Assembly: GCA_009859145.1 (NCBI GenBank) | Contig: VRVR01000056.1 | Span: forward strand, 114,381 to 178,380 | Source: Andalucia godoyi And28 | Lineage: Eukaryota > Protista > Jakobida | Direction of reading: 5' to 3' | DNA: 64,000 bases | Part shown: one piece after another, positions 32,367 through 42,919 of the stretch | Position numbering within the stretch: position 1 is the first letter of the stretch | How the letters are laid out: each line of letters starts with the position of its first letter | Notes under the pieces: model-generated | The model's input: the letters and a program-made list of their open reading frames with translations, nothing else | The model's database searches: none | What the model was told of the DNA's origin: nothing | Program-made: the position numbers and the translations under genes

Positions 32367-32714
32367 CTGTGCGACCGTCTAATCTCCTCCCTCTTCCCCC
32401 CCCCTCACACACAGAGTCCACCCCTCGAGTTCTCACATTCGACAGTCGACAGCGGACAACGCCCCCCCTCCCCCAAGCACTGGAAAAAAAGCTCCTAGGA
32501 TCCAGCATCACGTCTTTCAAGAACCCTAGCCAAAACACAAAACCTTCGTCCAAACCCTCCCTTTCCCCGTCTGTTGTGATGCTCCTTCCTCATCTTTGCG
32601 GTTTTTCAATTGAAATTTCTCTTCTTCCTCCACCACGCTCGGCCTTCGCTCATTCAAGTATACATTCATACATACATACATACACACATACATACGTACA
32701 AAAAAAAAATCATC

Positions 32715-32918
32715 ATGGTTGGAGTGGAAGCGTGGCGATCGGCCGGAATGACGTATTTGCGGTATCTCAATGTTGCGTCGCAGGCACTGCGAGTCGTTCT
32801 GAAAGGCGAGCTCAAGACCAAGGCAAAGGCACGCTCGGATTTCCAGATGCGAGTCGGGACATTCGACAATGGCCGCATCAAGGACCGCAAGGACATCAAT
32901 CCCCAAGCTCATCTCTAA
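32715..32918 (+). CDS. ATP5F1E: Mitochondrial ATP synthase F1 epsilon subunit
   Basis: 67 aa; WRSAGMTYLRYLNVASQALRVVLK matches the WRxAGxxYxxY signature. Confidence 0.92.
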   Translation: MVGVEAWRSAGMTYLRYLNVASQALRVVLKGELKTKAKARSDFQMRVGTFDNGRIKDRKDINPQAHL

Positions 32919-33176
32919 ATGTCCTCAATCCCAATCGCCAATCGCCAATCGCCAATCGCCTATTTTTGTTCTCTCTCTCCAACCCCACGCATCATCGAGA
33001 AGTAAACACCTCGGCTGCACAGTCCACTCTCGCGACATGAACAGCAGCAACATGATGGATAATATTAAATATGAAAAAAACGTATTCGTTCGCCTTGTTT
33101 GTTCCTTTTCTTCTTTTTCTTCCATTCGATCACTCTTTTTTACTTGTAGGATTCCTTCGCCTTCTTCGGACAGTGT

Positions 33177-34040
33177 TTAAATGCGGTCGTCGAGGACAAT
33201 GGCAACGCCGTACTTGACGTCTGCGATGTTCTTGACGTTGGCCTCTACACCGATGGTTGCCTTGATGCCCTGGGCGATGCGTCGGACGACTCCGAGTGCG
33301 ACCGAGGTGTCGGCTGCCTGGTTGACCTTGGCGCGGACGACGGTTGCATTGTCGACGACGTACTGAGCACCGACGGTGGCAGACACGTCCTTTGTCTTGA
33401 GTCCATAGACGGTCTCGACGGCGACGGCAAGGTTCTTGTTGACGGTCTGGACAACGGCGACCTGGGCAGTCGTGGCCGAGTTCTTGATCTGTGCAACAAT
33501 CTGCGTCGACGGCAGGTCATAGGCGGCACCCACGTCGTACGACTTGAAGGCCATGGTCTTGACGTCAAAGTCGGTCTGCGCACCTGCGGCAAAGTTTCCT
33601 CGGGCAAAGATGAGCTGGTCCTTGGCCAGCGCAACACCCTTTGCACAGGTCATTTCGCCAACAAACGACAGTCCAAGCTCGCGCTTCACGTACTCGATGT
33701 TCGTGACCACCTTTTCCTGCGGGGCAAGCGCCTTGAGGGTCGTCTGCACCTCAACTCCATACGTCAATCCCGGGAGCAAATCGGTCTTCTTCACTCCAAC
33801 CTTGGCCTTGTTGGCAGTATCAAGCTCGGCAGTCACAAGCGCGCCAGTCGCCAGATGCAACTTCTCAAACGACACCGTCGCCTTCGGAAGAGACGCGCCG
33901 TGCGTTAGCTCAAGCTTCGTCGTGAGCAGCGCAAACGGGTTCGTCGTCTTGATCTCCGCAGAGTGGCCAGTCGCACCAAATCCAGTGTTCAACACATTCT
34001 TCACAGGCTTGTTCAAATCGGCATATGCTGGAGCTCCCAT
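33177..34040 (-). CDS. VDAC: Mitochondrial outer-membrane porin (VDAC)
   Basis: PAYADLNKPVKNVL N-terminal helix, amphipathic beta strands, VRAKVNQ, C-terminal KYGVAIVL; 287 aa. Confidence 0.9.
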   Translation of the reverse strand: MGAPAYADLNKPVKNVLNTGFGATGHSAEIKTTNPFALLTTKLELTHGASLPKATVSFEKLHLATGALVTAELDTANKAKVGVKKTDLLPGLTYGVEVQTTLKALAPQEKVVTNIEYVKRELGLSFVGEMTCAKGVALAKDQLIFARGNFAAGAQTDFDVKTMAFKSYDVGAAYDLPSTQIVAQIKNSATTAQVAVVQTVNKNLAVAVETVYGLKTKDVSATVGAQYVVDNATVVRAKVNQAADTSVALGVVRRIAQGIKATIGVEANVKNIADVKYGVAIVLDDRI

Positions 34041-34904
34041 TTCTTCGTTCTGGTACTGCTTTGGCGTTTTTTTCTTTCTCTTTTAGTATTCACAAGAGGT
34101 CTTTTGCTTTTTGTTGGCGGAACAATAATTCAGGTGAAACAGGAGAAAAAGGGAAAGAGGGGGAGGGGAGGAAGGGGGAAAAAAAAGGAAAAAAAAAAGA
34201 GAAAGAAAGAGAAAGAAAGGAGAAGGAGAAAAAGTAGCAAACAAAGGAATCCAACAAGGAGGAAATGGAAGGAAGAGCCCTCCAACAGAACCACAAAAGA
34301 GACGAGAAAACTGACGAAATGGGTTGAGAATCCCAGTTTGGAGGCCGGTTTCTCTTTTGTGTTTTCTGTTGTTTTGTTTTGTGGGAGGGCTTTTTTTTCC
34401 CCCTTTGGAACCAGGTTTTGGTTTTTCACTTCCCTTTCACTCGAGAGAAGGGCGGAGGGAAAAGGGGGGGGAAGGGAGCGGCGATTTAAAAAAAAAGAAA
34501 ACGAGGAGACGTTACAGGCGATGGAATGCAGTTGCTGCTATTTGGTATCCATGCATTGTGGACAGCGGGTATTTCTACACGACCTGTCAGTCTCCGCCGT
34601 GTCAGCTCGTGCTTCAAGTGACATTCCACCCCCCAAAAAATGACCGCATTCCTCATCTGCTTCCTCAACCACCCGTTTTCCCGCTCCCGCCACGCAGCCT
34701 CAACCCTCGTAAACACAAAAACACAACAAAATTCTCCTCTAATTTTCCCCGAGTCTCGCTCGATTCTTCCTTTGATTTTTAAAAAATTATGTTTTGCTAA
34801 TGTTGTTTTGTTTTTGACCCAACCTTTTTCATATATTACTATTCTTGTTGTTTGTTTTTCATTTTAAAAAAGAAGAAAAAAAGAGGAAAGCGGGTGGCGA
34901 GTGG

Positions 34905-36401
34905 ATGGCGTTGGCGTCGAGTACGGTGGTTGTGGAGCTTCTTCCTTTGCGTCAGTGCATCCGCGACGCGCTGTTGCAGACGCATGGTGCAGCGAACCTG
35001 CGATTGACGCTGCATTCTTACAAGCCGCTTTCTACGTTGTTCCGCTACATGAGCTCCAAGTGGAGTCTGCCGGCCGACGCCGCGCTGCGCATCATCACGA
35101 CGGATTCCCGGGCGGTCTTTACAGCCGCTACGCACGACACCGTCCCTCTCGACCGATTTTTCACGACGTCGCAATCGCACGCCACCTCCGCCGCTAACAA
35201 GAAACATTCTTCATTAGACAGCAGCAACGGGAGTCCCGAGTCGCTGCATCGAACACATATCCGGCTGCTCTATGACTTTCTCGTCGACTCGGAGCGACCA
35301 AAGCCATCATCTTTTTCCGCGGCAGCGTCGTCATCGGCGCCGTCATCCTCGTCATCGGCGCCTGCTTCTGTTGCATCGCTGGCCAGCAGGCCAGCCGCGA
35401 CGACAGCCACTGCCATCACAACAACAGTGACGGGCGTGACAGCGGGAGGCGTGACGGGGGCGAGTGGGTTGAATGTGCAAGCAGGGATTCAAACGCGGTT
35501 GGCATCGTTTCATGGATTGACAACCTTGCAGCCTCTTGGCCCTGCCCCGACAGCGGCTGCCACATCGACATCGACAGTGACAGTGACAGCGACTGCAGCT
35601 GCAACACCGCCGACTCTCACTCCTTCTCCACCCGCCCAAACATCGTCTCCTATTCTCCAGCAACACAATAATGGACCTGCCAGTGCCAGTGCCAAAAGTG
35701 GGAGTGGGAGCGGGAGTGCCGTGAGTGGCAAGAAGAGAGGGCGCGGAGAGAAGGAGACAGTGACCGAGGACCCGTCTCTCAATGGCAATCATCCCGGCGG
35801 AAACGGAAATGTCGACGGGATTGGGAATGGGAATGGGAATGGGGGCAAGCAGCCGAAAAGGAAAAGACAGGCTACAGGAGCGAAAAAGAGTGCCAAGAAC
35901 GCGGCAGTGGTCGAGGCCGGGATTGCGGAGGATAGAAGAGTAGAAGACAGAGGCGGGGCGATAGTGGGAATGCCGGTGGAAGAGGGAGAAACGATGCCGT
36001 ACGTGCCGCTGCATCACGAGTCGTCGTCCATGTCGGCGTTCTATACTGTACCGTCAACCATCATCGACAGTGCCTCGAATTCACACTTCCACCTGCATCT
36101 CGGAATGCACATGGGAATCGGCACGAGTCTGGGTGGCGGGATGGGTGTGGCGATGACGATTGGGTCTGGACTGTCCAACTTGATTCCTGCGACCGCTGCA
36201 AGCACACATGCGGTGGCCGACAGCGAGTGGATACCCACGCCGATGCAGACGCCAATGCCAATGCCAATGCCTCCGTCAGCCGACTCGAGTTCGACAGGTT
36301 TTGGAAATGCGCTTGGGACAATCGGACTTGGGTTTGGCCAGTGCTCAGTCCCCGGACTTTTTTCTCTCGCCTCGTCCTCGTCCTCTTCTTCTTCATGTTG
36401 A
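34905..36401 (+). CDS. Low-complexity protein with a CRAMP1/TSL-kinase-interacting-protein-1-like N-terminal segment
   Basis: VELLPLRQCIRDALL...ANLRLTLHSYKPLSTLFRYMSSKW resembles TKI1/CRAMP1 LELTLSxRKxISSVLxHLxxKW. NLS-like KKRGR and KRKRQ. 5' exons are possible. Confidence 0.45.
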   Translation: MALASSTVVVELLPLRQCIRDALLQTHGAANLRLTLHSYKPLSTLFRYMSSKWSLPADAALRIITTDSRAVFTAATHDTVPLDRFFTTSQSHATSAANKKHSSLDSSNGSPESLHRTHIRLLYDFLVDSERPKPSSFSAAASSSAPSSSSSAPASVASLASRPAATTATAITTTVTGVTAGGVTGASGLNVQAGIQTRLASFHGLTTLQPLGPAPTAAATSTSTVTVTATAAATPPTLTPSPPAQTSSPILQQHNNGPASASAKSGSGSGSAVSGKKRGRGEKETVTEDPSLNGNHPGGNGNVDGIGNGNGNGGKQPKRKRQATGAKKSAKNAAVVEAGIAEDRRVEDRGGAIVGMPVEEGETMPYVPLHHESSSMSAFYTVPSTIIDSASNSHFHLHLGMHMGIGTSLGGGMGVAMTIGSGLSNLIPATAASTHAVADSEWIPTPMQTPMPMPMPPSADSSSTGFGNALGTIGLGFGQCSVPGLFSLASSSSSSSSC

Positions 36402-36422
36402 ATGACACCAAGCCTTTGCGCG

Positions 36423-36510
36423 GTTAGTTCGTTAGTTCGTTAGTTTGTCAGTTTGTCAGTTTGTCAGTTCGTCAGTTCGTCAGTTAGTTAGGTAGTTAGT
36501 TAGTTAGTTG
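36423..36510. repeat. Degenerate GTTAGTTC/GTCAGTTT/TAGT tandem array
   Basis: Drifting 8-bp and 4-bp units between two convergent stop codons. Confidence 0.8.
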
Positions 36511-36683
36511 GTAATAGTATGAAAAAAGGACCAACAGTCATGAATCGGCTGAGGAGTGATTGTGGAGTGAAAATAGTATGACTTGTAAAGCGGATGATCG
36601 TTGATTGAAAAAACTTGGAAACAACAATTGAATTTCAAGAAAACAGACCTAACCTTGCGCTCTAGATTTACCATTCATGATGA

Positions 36684-37691
36684 TCACTTTGGTGCCGTGT
36701 GTGAAGCAGAGGGGGGAGAAGAAAGCGGGATGCCATTGACGAGAACTTTGATTCCACGGTGCCGTGCGTATCCGATGCCGGACCAGAGAGTTGTGGCGGC
36801 GACGATGCACTCTGCGGCCGAGATCCAGCCGCCAGGAACGACTTGTGCAGCGGTCGCGAGCGCACCGGTCATAAGAGACAGCTGGGCCAGTGTGTTGATT
36901 TTCGAAGCAAGCGACGGAAGAACAATAAACGACACTCTTGGGTTGCCAGCCGGTCCATTCAGCACAGGCGATGACGACGACGAAGGAGAGGAAGGTGAAG
37001 GGAAGAGGGAAGAGGAAGAGAAAGATGAGCGAGACAAAGATTGGAGAATGTGATGCTTGTAGATGAACGAGCCGGCAACGAGGCAAGCATCGCGGAGGAC
37101 GACGAGAGCGACGAGCTGCCAGTGAATGAGGTCCGCGTACGTAAGCGAGAGAGCCATCGTGGCCATCAGAAGCTTGTCTGCAATGGGGTCGAGATAGGAG
37201 CCCAGCACCGTGGTCTGCCCGAGTCTCCGTGCAAGATATCCGTCCAGAACATCCGTGATCGATACGGCGGCAAGCGCGCACAGCGCCGTCGAGTACTGCG
37301 AGGACAGCACCCAATACCCAATCACAGGCGTTGCCAGCATTCGCGAATACGTAAGCAGGTTCGGCACCGTCCACAACTGCGACATTAACGGCACATTCTC
37401 CGGCCCTCGCGCACCGTTATTGCTTGTGTCGTTGTCGTTGTCGCTGCCAGTGTTAGTGTTCGTCGAGCTCGGCGTCTTTTCCATTCGATTGCATCGGTGC
37501 TTTTGAGTGTCTTCATCGTGCCTGCGGGACGGAGGCACTGGGGGCGTCGGGGCGCTGGTGCTGCAGTAGAAACGACGGACGGAAGTGCGTACGGTGCAGT
37601 CGTAGCAGCTGCCAGCGACAGCTCCTGCTTTGCAACTGCGAATCAGACGAAACGGCGACACCAACACACGCTTTGGCACGCTTTGGAACAT
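36684..37691 (-). CDS. CRLS1: Cardiolipin synthase (CDP-alcohol phosphatidyltransferase type) with a mitochondrial-targeting-like N-terminus
   Basis: WTVPNLLTYSR, TDVLDGYLARRLGQTTVLGSYLDPIADKLL, SKINTLAQ. R/S-rich start MFQSVPKRVLVSPFRL. Confidence 0.85.
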   Translation of the reverse strand: MFQSVPKRVLVSPFRLIRSCKAGAVAGSCYDCTVRTSVRRFYCSTSAPTPPVPPSRRHDEDTQKHRCNRMEKTPSSTNTNTGSDNDNDTSNNGARGPENVPLMSQLWTVPNLLTYSRMLATPVIGYWVLSSQYSTALCALAAVSITDVLDGYLARRLGQTTVLGSYLDPIADKLLMATMALSLTYADLIHWQLVALVVLRDACLVAGSFIYKHHILQSLSRSSFSSSSLFPSPSSPSSSSSPVLNGPAGNPRVSFIVLPSLASKINTLAQLSLMTGALATAAQVVPGGWISAAECIVAATTLWSGIGYARHRGIKVLVNGIPLSSPPSASHTAPK

Positions 37692-37974
37692 GTTGAGTCG
37701 TTTGCTTCGTACGTTCCAGTCCTCCTCCTGTATGTATGTACGTGTGTGTGTGTGTGTGTATGTGTGTGTGTATGCGGCATCCAGCCTCTTGTATTGCAGA
37801 ACATGTTCTTCGCCAGATCGACAGACCAAGATGCGGGCAGAAGGACGCTCCGTGCTTTGACAACCTGCAGTACGACTGTGGGTGCATGTTGTTGAGTGAG
37901 TGCTACGGTAGGTTTTTTATTACCGGAATGCTCCCGTCCATCAGTGGCGCGGAAGAGGAGTTGTGTAGGCGAGG

Positions 37975-38093
37975 GAAGGGAGGAAGGGAAGAAGGGAGGA
38001 AGGGAGGAAGGGAGGAAGGGAGGAAGGGAGGAAGGGAGGAAGGGAGGAAGGGAGGAAGGGAGGAAGGGAGGAAGGGAGGAAGGGAGGAAGGGA
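37975..38093. repeat. (GGAAGGGA)n polypurine tandem array
   Basis: About 14 near-perfect 8-bp units. Confidence 0.92.
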
Positions 38094-38130
38094 GATCAGG
38101 TGCGGTTTTTTATTCGCGCGGGCTGCTGTG

Positions 38131-40131
38131 TCATTGTGCATCGAGAACGAGGTCTGCGATGAGATCGACTTTCCAATGAAGCGCCCACGCGCGTATTCTC
38201 TGCTTCCACTCACGAAGCTGGAGAGTTGCTTCGGAAAACGCTCTTCCTGATTTCGAGTGGGGGAAAGTGGGTCCGTTGAGAAATGCCGCTTCGTTTCTCA
38301 ACATGACCAGTGCTTGCTCCAGAAGCCCATTCCGACACAGCCGCTCGATCTGCTCGCCCTTGTGAACAGGAGTGTCTGGATCGAACTCGGGCTCATGGAT
38401 GAACACCGTATACTCCGCCACGGGACCCCGAACATGGGCAACAAGCACCTCAAACGCAGCAGACTGGCCACTGCTGTGCATGACTTCATACGTCGTCGAT
38501 CCAAACGCGCTGTCGAGGGCTCCACTGCCTGTGGGGCTCGCCGTAGGAAGCAGACTCGTCCCCACGACTGTCGCCGATGGATTTCGAACACGCGCAGCGC
38601 TTGCATTTGTAAATGGAGAAGGCGACGGAGAGACCAAGGGCGAAGGAGAAGGCGAAGGCGGTCTGGGGCTTGAGACAGGTGCCACCAGCGAAGAGGAAGA
38701 CGACGCCACGGAACCAGCACCAGCACCAGCATCTGGGTGCACAGTGAAAGCGAGTCGCGGTCCCATATGAGAAATCGCAATTGTGGAAATGGGTGATTGA
38801 AAACCGGCGACAGAACGAGAAGCAACCACAGTGCCGACAACATGAGAAATCGCATCGACAAGCGCAACATCGCCATCGCCGTATCCCACAAGCATCACAC
38901 CACCACCGCGAGAGCTCGGCACAAATACGACATGGCAAATGTCAAACTTAGAGTCAAGCGGACGGAATGTGGAGGCGTCTTCGAGATTGACGATGGATCC
39001 ATCGCGAAGACCGACGTACGGATATGCGAGTGCAGAAAAAGACATGTTTCCGAGCGCCGATGAGGTGAGCAGATGCGGTGTGATCTTGCGTTCGGCAATA
39101 AGCTGCAGCATCGGCTGGGCATCTACCTGACCAGAGGAGGACTCCTCGCCCACGTGAGAAAGCGACCAGCGGGAGACAACCAGGCTGCCGTTCGACGATC
39201 GCAACGTTACAAACTGCGGGTGATGAACGGAGGCCGCAGGGTCTGACAAAGAATGCATCGCAACAGAACTCGCCGAGAGCCACTGTGCTGCATCACACAG
39301 CACTGGCGGAACTTCTTCAATCAAGCACGGAATCCCCAGCAAAATCGATTCTGCAGAACCACTGCCACTTCCACCTGCTGACGCAGCGCTAGATGATCCA
39401 GGAACTACAGAGGACCGGGGTGCAGACCGAGGCTGGAACGAGCACGAAAGGATGCGAATCGCTCCAGAGCCTTGTTTTGCAGTAGCGCTAGCGCTACCGC
39501 TGCTGGACTGCAAAAAGACCAGCGCAAGATGTGCCGAGCTGCCAGATCCAAGCGACACCTCCGAGATGGCCCAGTCTGCAGAGACTCGAATCATTGCACT
39601 GTTCTTCACGCTCTTTGAATCCTGCATGAACAGGTCCAGTTTGACCGGAGAAACAGGCGGCCGAACGAGAATATGTCGGTCGGCCGCAGTGACCCCAATC
39701 GACGCCGCCGAGCTGAGTGAGCCACACAGCAACTTCAGCGGAAACGCGCCGATGGACGCCCCAGAATGCAGATGCACAACCACTCCAGAGTCCAGCAGAC
39801 AAAGCGATCCGCGGATCGACAGTATCCGATTGCTCGACAACAGATGCCGGTCGCGCTGGCTGTGCTGCTTTACAAGAGATTTCGGCGGAGTCGCAGCGCG
39901 CTGAATCCGCGGGTACTCCTGCGGAACAGTTCCAGAAAGCATAGTCCCACCTTCCCTCTCCCTCTCCTTGTCCTTGTCCTTACCTGACAACGACGACGAC
40001 GACGAAGAAGAGGAAGAAGAAGAAGAAGAAGACAATATTAGGGACGGCGGTGCGCTCGACGGCTCCGAAGATCCATACACTCGAATTCGAACGTAGCTGG
40101 CAAACCTTTCCCTTGCTTCATCGTTGCTCAT
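38131..40131 (-). CDS. 666-aa protein, possibly WDPCP/Fritz-like beta-propeller
   Basis: Long ORF. LLDSGVVVHL, WAISEVSL, MLVGYGDGDVALVD and IERLCRNGLLEQALVML loosely recall WDPCP. Family is speculative. Confidence 0.45.
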   Translation of the reverse strand: MSNDEARERFASYVRIRVYGSSEPSSAPPSLILSSSSSSSSSSSSSSLSGKDKDKEREREGGTMLSGTVPQEYPRIQRAATPPKSLVKQHSQRDRHLLSSNRILSIRGSLCLLDSGVVVHLHSGASIGAFPLKLLCGSLSSAASIGVTAADRHILVRPPVSPVKLDLFMQDSKSVKNSAMIRVSADWAISEVSLGSGSSAHLALVFLQSSSGSASATAKQGSGAIRILSCSFQPRSAPRSSVVPGSSSAASAGGSGSGSAESILLGIPCLIEEVPPVLCDAAQWLSASSVAMHSLSDPAASVHHPQFVTLRSSNGSLVVSRWSLSHVGEESSSGQVDAQPMLQLIAERKITPHLLTSSALGNMSFSALAYPYVGLRDGSIVNLEDASTFRPLDSKFDICHVVFVPSSRGGGVMLVGYGDGDVALVDAISHVVGTVVASRSVAGFQSPISTIAISHMGPRLAFTVHPDAGAGAGSVASSSSSLVAPVSSPRPPSPSPSPLVSPSPSPFTNASAARVRNPSATVVGTSLLPTASPTGSGALDSAFGSTTYEVMHSSGQSAAFEVLVAHVRGPVAEYTVFIHEPEFDPDTPVHKGEQIERLCRNGLLEQALVMLRNEAAFLNGPTFPHSKSGRAFSEATLQLREWKQRIRAWALHWKVDLIADLVLDAQ

Positions 40132-40325
40132 AGTATTCCCTCTGCACGTCTACGTCTCTCCGTCTCTCTTGTGTGTTGCCATTTGCAGCTGGAAAAATCA
40201 AAGATAAATGTGGCTCGTTTTGTCGTTGCGTGTCGGGAATTTGCACATTGGAATCCTGGACTCAATTGTGGACCTCATACATGTCAGTACTGACGCACAC
40301 TCTGCTGCTTGTTCGTGCTGCTCGC

Positions 40326-40361
<36 letters not shown>

Positions 40362-40777
40362 GTTGTCGTTGTCGTTGTCGTCGTCGTCTTCGGTCTCATC
40401 AGACGTATTCTCCCGATGCAGCGGAAAAACCGGTTCTTCCTGTTTGCATGCTTGCACAAAGAATGATTCAAACTTCATATAGGTCCAGTAAAGATACCCA
40501 TTAAAACATAAAAAGAAATTTGAGTTTTCACGGTTGCGGCTAGCTGTGGAGGATGTGTGCAAAGAATAAATAATAAATAATAATAAATGTATAAATAAAA
40601 TAAAATAAACCGACAGGCGAGGGGGATGGGACGATAACACGCAGAAGGAGAAGGAAACGAAACGTGAATGTTGAGCGTAGTTTACAAGATGAAGGCAGGG
40701 GCGGGGAAGAAGATAGTGGGTAGTGGCAGCAGCAAAGGGAGAGACGAGTCACGTGCCTTGCCGAGTTGCGGGGTTGA

Positions 40778-42919
40778 TCAGGAGGACTGTGATGGGCCGC
40801 CGTCGGGACCCTGGCCACTGGAACTATGGGCATGTGCACCATGGCCCATAGGTGCGCCGAACTGACCACCCTGCTGATACGCATCATAGTATTGGGGGTA
40901 CTGGCGCATTTGCATCATCATCATCATTTGGGGGTCATATCCGGCAGCAGCAAGGTTCTGAGGATTGATAGGGTTTTGAAAGCCCTGGGAATTACCAAGA
41001 TTCTGTCCAAATGCAGGGGTGCTGGGCGCTGATGGCATGCTGCCGCCGCCACTCATGGACTGCAATCCGGACGCAGCGGCCGCAGCCGCAGCCGCAGCAT
41101 TCTGTTGTCGCATAAAAGCCATCTGCATTGCCTGGAGCTGATCCATGTTGAGGTTCATGTTGGGAACCTGCATTGGCACCTGTCCTCCTCCCATGCCGAG
41201 CTGCATGGAATGGAACGGCATTCCCATTTGCATGCCAAACATGGCATTGGACATTTGCTGAGCCTGCGCCTGCTGCTGGGCCGCTTGCGCGGACTGGGCT
41301 TGCACCATTGCTGAAATGGCAGCATTCTCTGGAATTGCCTTGGAGTTGCTCGGAAGGGACTTCTTCTTCTTGGACCGTGGTTCTCCATTCGCGCCTTTGC
41401 CAATGCTCTCGTCGTGGTTAGCAAGGGCAGCAGCAGCAGCCGCCGCGACCACAGGGTCCTTTCCCTTCTCGCCTTCCAGCATGCTCTCCAGCATTGGTCG
41501 CCACGTTCGGACACGAGCGTTGATGAACCAGTTGTTGAGCTGCGTCATCGTGAGGCCTGTCTGCTGAGAAAGATCGCGCTTTTCTTCCTCGGAAGGATAC
41601 GGATGCAAGAAATGCTGAAACAACCACGTTTTCAGGACATTTGTCGCGTTCTTGGGAAGATTGCCGCGTTTCTTGGCCTTGAGCAGGTACGTTTCCTGCA
41701 AATAAAATATGCGAGAAACATACTTCTCCTTGAGCTGTTCAATCACCGTCTCAAACTTTCGGTAGAGGGAAATCAATCGGGCGACGCGTTCTGATTCCGG
41801 AACAGGTCGAACCAATGAGTGCTTGTGCAACAACGCATCGGACCGCTGAAGCCAGGCGTCACGCTGTGCGCGAACGTACGCAACTTCGGTTTCGTAGTGC
41901 GATTGCAACGTTTCAAACCTGCCCAGAAACGCAGCGACGTCGTCCGAATTTGCGCGGTCCTTGGCTTGGGTCGACGCCGATGCGGAGGCGGAGGTGGCAT
42001 CTCCATCTCCGGAGCCCGAGTCGATCCGGCCGATAAACGTCTCGAGAATATCTGATTTCGACATTTCAATCAAATTTGCATTTCGCCTGCGTTCATTTTC
42101 GGAAGCCGCATTGCGAGAATCCGCCTGGCCGCCATTGCCATTGAGACTCGCGAGGGAAAGAGCATTCGGCGACTCCGTTGTCGCTGGTGCCGATCCAGCA
42201 GTTGCTGTCGCATTGCCAGATCCGGAAGAATTCGACAACACAGATGGGGGAATCTCTGCCAGGATTGTTTCCACTGGCTTGGTGAAATCGGCAGGAACAA
42301 TGAACGAATCGAGCAGCTTGCGAAGCGCATCGTACTGCGGATGTTGGACAAGGTCTCGATCACGGGTGTCTGGACTGAGAAGTCTCGCGGCCTCGATCTT
42401 GAGATGGTCGTATCTTGCCTTGACCACCGCGACGTACTGCTCGACGGTTATTTGCGGCGGAGGATTAAGATACATAGGCGCATTCACGGGAATTTGTCCA
42501 GTCTGCGATTGCAGGAAATGCATCATTTGCTCCGGAAGCAATCCCATCTGCTGCAGCGGCACAGCAGACGCAAGTCCCGGAAGTTGGCTTTGTGGCTGAG
42601 GAGCATTTGCAGGCAAAGCCGAGCCGGAAGATGAAGAAGATGCCGATCCTGACGACGACACGGACGAAGAAGAAGGATTTGCACTAGATGCGGGGACAGA
42701 AGGGGTTGCCAATGCTGGTTGGCCTCCCGCGGATGGCCCGGCGGAATCGATGCTCGTGGAGGCAGGGTTTTCAAGAGCGTCAGGGTTCTGGTTGAGGTGG
42801 TTGGGGTTAGGATTCTGGTTCTCGCTGTCCAGCGGTTCTTGTTTTGGGACTTCTGTTCCCTGAAGGGCTGCGTTCATGTGTGCTTCGGTTCGAGCAAGCG
42901 GATCGAATTGGATATTCAT
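40778..42919 (-). CDS. TALE-class homeodomain transcription factor A with MEINOX-like and PBC-B-like domains
   Basis: [62 protein letters not shown]; upstream LQSHYETEV...[15 protein letters not shown]...[14 protein letters not shown]. First ATG is 42919; the frame is open further upstream. Confidence 0.93.
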   Translation of the reverse strand: MNIQFDPLARTEAHMNAALQGTEVPKQEPLDSENQNPNPNHLNQNPDALENPASTSIDSAGPSAGGQPALATPSVPASSANPSSSSVSSSGSASSSSSGSALPANAPQPQSQLPGLASAVPLQQMGLLPEQMMHFLQSQTGQIPVNAPMYLNPPPQITVEQYVAVVKARYDHLKIEAARLLSPDTRDRDLVQHPQYDALRKLLDSFIVPADFTKPVETILAEIPPSVLSNSSGSGNATATAGSAPATTESPNALSLASLNGNGGQADSRNAASENERRRNANLIEMSKSDILETFIGRIDSGSGDGDATSASASASTQAKDRANSDDVAAFLGRFETLQSHYETEVAYVRAQRDAWLQRSDALLHKHSLVRPVPESERVARLISLYRKFETVIEQLKEKYVSRIFYLQETYLLKAKKRGNLPKNATNVLKTWLFQHFLHPYPSEEEKRDLSQQTGLTMTQLNNWFINARVRTWRPMLESMLEGEKGKDPVVAAAAAAALANHDESIGKGANGEPRSKKKKSLPSNSKAIPENAAISAMVQAQSAQAAQQQAQAQQMSNAMFGMQMGMPFHSMQLGMGGGQVPMQVPNMNLNMDQLQAMQMAFMRQQNAAAAAAAAASGLQSMSGGGSMPSAPSTPAFGQNLGNSQGFQNPINPQNLAAAGYDPQMMMMMQMRQYPQYYDAYQQGGQFGAPMGHGAHAHSSSGQGPDGGPSQSS

